A stretch of DNA of 64,000 bases, taken from Candidatus Poribacteria bacterium. GTDB taxonomy: Bacteria; Poribacteria; WGA-4E; JAJDTR01. The notes under the pieces are model-generated. The model had not been told where the DNA came from and ran no database searches. It was given only the letters and a program-made list of their open reading frames with translations. The position numbers were made by a program, and so were the translations under genes. How positions within the stretch are numbered: the first letter of the stretch is position 1; the number at the start of each line of letters is the position of its first letter. Location: the NCBI GenBank assembly GCA_965222225.1, contig CBDCTK010000002.1, positions 3,168,001-3,232,000 of the forward strand. The letters are read 5' to 3'. Shown here piece by piece: positions 62,380 through 64,000 of this stretch.

Positions 62380-63470
62380 TTATTGTTTTATAGCCCCCCA
62401 CGTTGTAGCGGCTTTGGCGTAGGGGTTGACGACGGGAATCGAGGCGCGGAAGATGCCCCCGATGCTGTGTGGGAGGTAGAATCCTTGTTCTTCGTCCAGG
62501 GCGTAGAAAGTACGGCTAGCGGTGGCGTAAAGCCGGTCTTGATGGGATATCAGCTGACCGACACCGAACTCCGGCAGGCCGGCGGGAAACCAGGTTTCGT
62601 AGCGGTCGTCAAACACCCAGATTCCCTTTTTCCGAAGCCCGGCGAAGATACGGCCGCGATGGACGGCGAGGGCCGAGATCCTCGGCTCGTGCGGCAGTCC
62701 GGCGCTAAGATCGTCCCACGCGAGTTCGCCTTCGTCCCAGCGCCCAAAGGCGTATGCGGCGCCGACGTATAAGCGATCGTCATGCGCCAGCCAATCGCCC
62801 GGCGCTCCGTAATCGGTGAGGGCACGGCGGTGGCCGCCCCAAATTGGCATCAGTTCCCATGTGTCGCCCAGGTGGGGGTACGGTATAGGTCGGGGAAACC
62901 GACAAAGGCGGAGGCCCAGAGGTAGCCGTCGAACTCGGTCATCGTATGGCTACGAAAAGCGATGTGAGTTGACACATGCGGGCCGACGTGCACCCACTCC
63001 TCGTACGGGTAGTGCCAGGTCTCGCCTCGATCGCGGGATATGTGTGTGCCGGAGTGGTAGCCCACGGCGACGACCATACGGGATTCCGTGACGAGTATTT
63101 GGTTAATATAGGGGTGGTAGATGGGGCCGTCTATGCGATCCTCCTTATCAAGCCTGGTCAGACCGGCGTTTTTTGGAGCCCATGTCTCGCCGCAGTCATC
63201 GGATCGAAACATCCCGAATTCGGTGCCGGTATAGGCGTACACGGCATCGTCGCCGATTCCAAGGCAGTACACGCGGTGCGTCATGCCGGTCGGGCGCCAG
63301 GTGTCGCCGTCATCGTCGGAGATGTAGAGTCCGGTCCGGTCGGCGGCGTAGAGGCGTTCGCCGTCGCTTTCAAGCAGCGCCGCATCAATGTTGGGCAGGA
63401 ACTCCCAGTCGGCGCGGGCGCAGGCGGTCATGAGCAGGGCGATGGCGAGAATTGGGTATAGTGTTTTCAT
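62380..63470 (-). pseudogene. Secreted BNR/Asp-box beta-propeller protein, frameshift near 62875
   Basis: S.D.G.TW repeats; one added base gives YRTPDLGDTWELMPIWG joining both ORFs; ends AATTWGAIKQ. Confidence 0.78.
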
Positions 63471-63773
63471 TTTATCCTTTCGGCGCGGATATTCGCATCC
63501 GATTCGTTCGCTAACATAGTCATCGTTACTACGAAAATGAAAGCGGTTCGCATTAAACGTCGAGTCCACATCATCGGAACGTCTCCCTTGGAGCTGATGG
63601 TTATCGGATTGATTGCGTTATTGGAGTGTATGCAAGTTATGCGCCACTATCTATCACGCGCCAAGGCTGTCCTAGTCCATAAGTTACCCTGAATTGGCAC
63701 GATCCCACGAATTGCATCAAACTCGCCCCCCGATGTGTCATGGAAACTCAATGGCGTTTCGTGATTTCGTGTA

Positions 63774-63872
63774 TAACAAGTGAACGACAATGTTCATATT
63801 ATGTACAAGGGGGCGTTGGCAGTTCTCGCTACAGTGCCTGGGTGCTACAAATCTGGTAGAGCACCAGTGCTG
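63774..63872 (+). repeat. ~100-bp direct repeat, copy 2
   Basis: Matches 57566-57665 with scattered substitutions. Confidence 0.85.
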
Positions 63873-63902
63873 GCTTAACTAGCGGTAGGTTCGGCTGAAA
63901 AT

Positions 63903-64000
63903 GGATCTCTATGGGATTTCTATCAGGATTTGCTATCGCATTCGCTGTTCGCTCATTTGATCGCCACGGGCGCTCTTAAAGGCTGGTGTGATCTCTATCG
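63903..64000 (+). repeat. Modular arrays, copy H (63903-63962) and start of copy I (63990-64000, cut by the window end)
   Basis: GGATCT CTATGGGATTT CTATCAGGATTTG CTATCGCATTCG CTGTTCGCTCAT TTGATC; then GATCTCTATCG. Confidence 0.82.

Noticed and set aside
99-63461. Numerous antisense and alternate-frame ORFs in the track
   Set aside because: They are shadows of longer, motif-supported genes.
25335-64000. Modular arrays as CRISPR arrays
   Set aside because: Units are 11-13 bp with no constant repeat or unique ~30-bp spacers, and no cas genes are present.
25335-64000. Arrays as DGR variable/template repeats
   Set aside because: They are not at the 3' ends of target genes, their lengths vary, and no RT or avd gene or invariant template is visible in the window.
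25335-64000. Link between the arrays' GATC ends and the phosphorothioation system
   Set aside because: GATC is a known Dnd motif, but this locus is Ssp-type and its motif cannot be read from sequence. No arrays were seen inside the island, so there is no support.

Overview
64 kb of a bacterial genome, most likely Candidatus Poribacteria. This is inferred from LamG and beta-propeller proteins ending in the AV.P..KL..TWG.IK-type motif, plus sulfatases, PhyH, PmoA-like and DUF6785-like genes. The first ~19 kb holds the 3' part of a DUF1998 helicase and mostly housekeeping or regulatory genes: GT9, SufR-like regulator plus ferredoxin, SpoIVB-S55 plus beta-propeller, bioA, a ferredoxin-TM-Hsp20-like fusion, ECF sigma plus FHA partner, and cvpA/yidD. 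19-33.5 kb is a catabolic block (peptide-type ABC importer, serine hydrolase, PhyH, two sulfatases). 35.9-54.3 kb is a defence island between two paralogous LamG genes: a HEPN-motif gene and an SspBCD-SspFGH-cysteine desulfurase DNA phosphorothioation system, with a GIY-YIG-like and a DGQHR/DndB-like gene inserted in its middle. 57.5-64 kb is a decaying accessory region bracketed by a ~100 bp direct repeat. The most unexplained signal is a family of at least 10 short modular arrays (core GGGATYT-CTATCGCnnTCn-TTATYCnnTCnn-TTGATC) with ordered 11-13 bp units and hypervariable fixed positions. One sits as a clean 36 bp insertion in an IS630 transposase gene and others sit inside REP hairpins, so they appear to be written into the genome. 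Several single-base frameshifts at homopolymers suggest assembly indel errors. All family assignments come from motif recognition by eye, not database searches.
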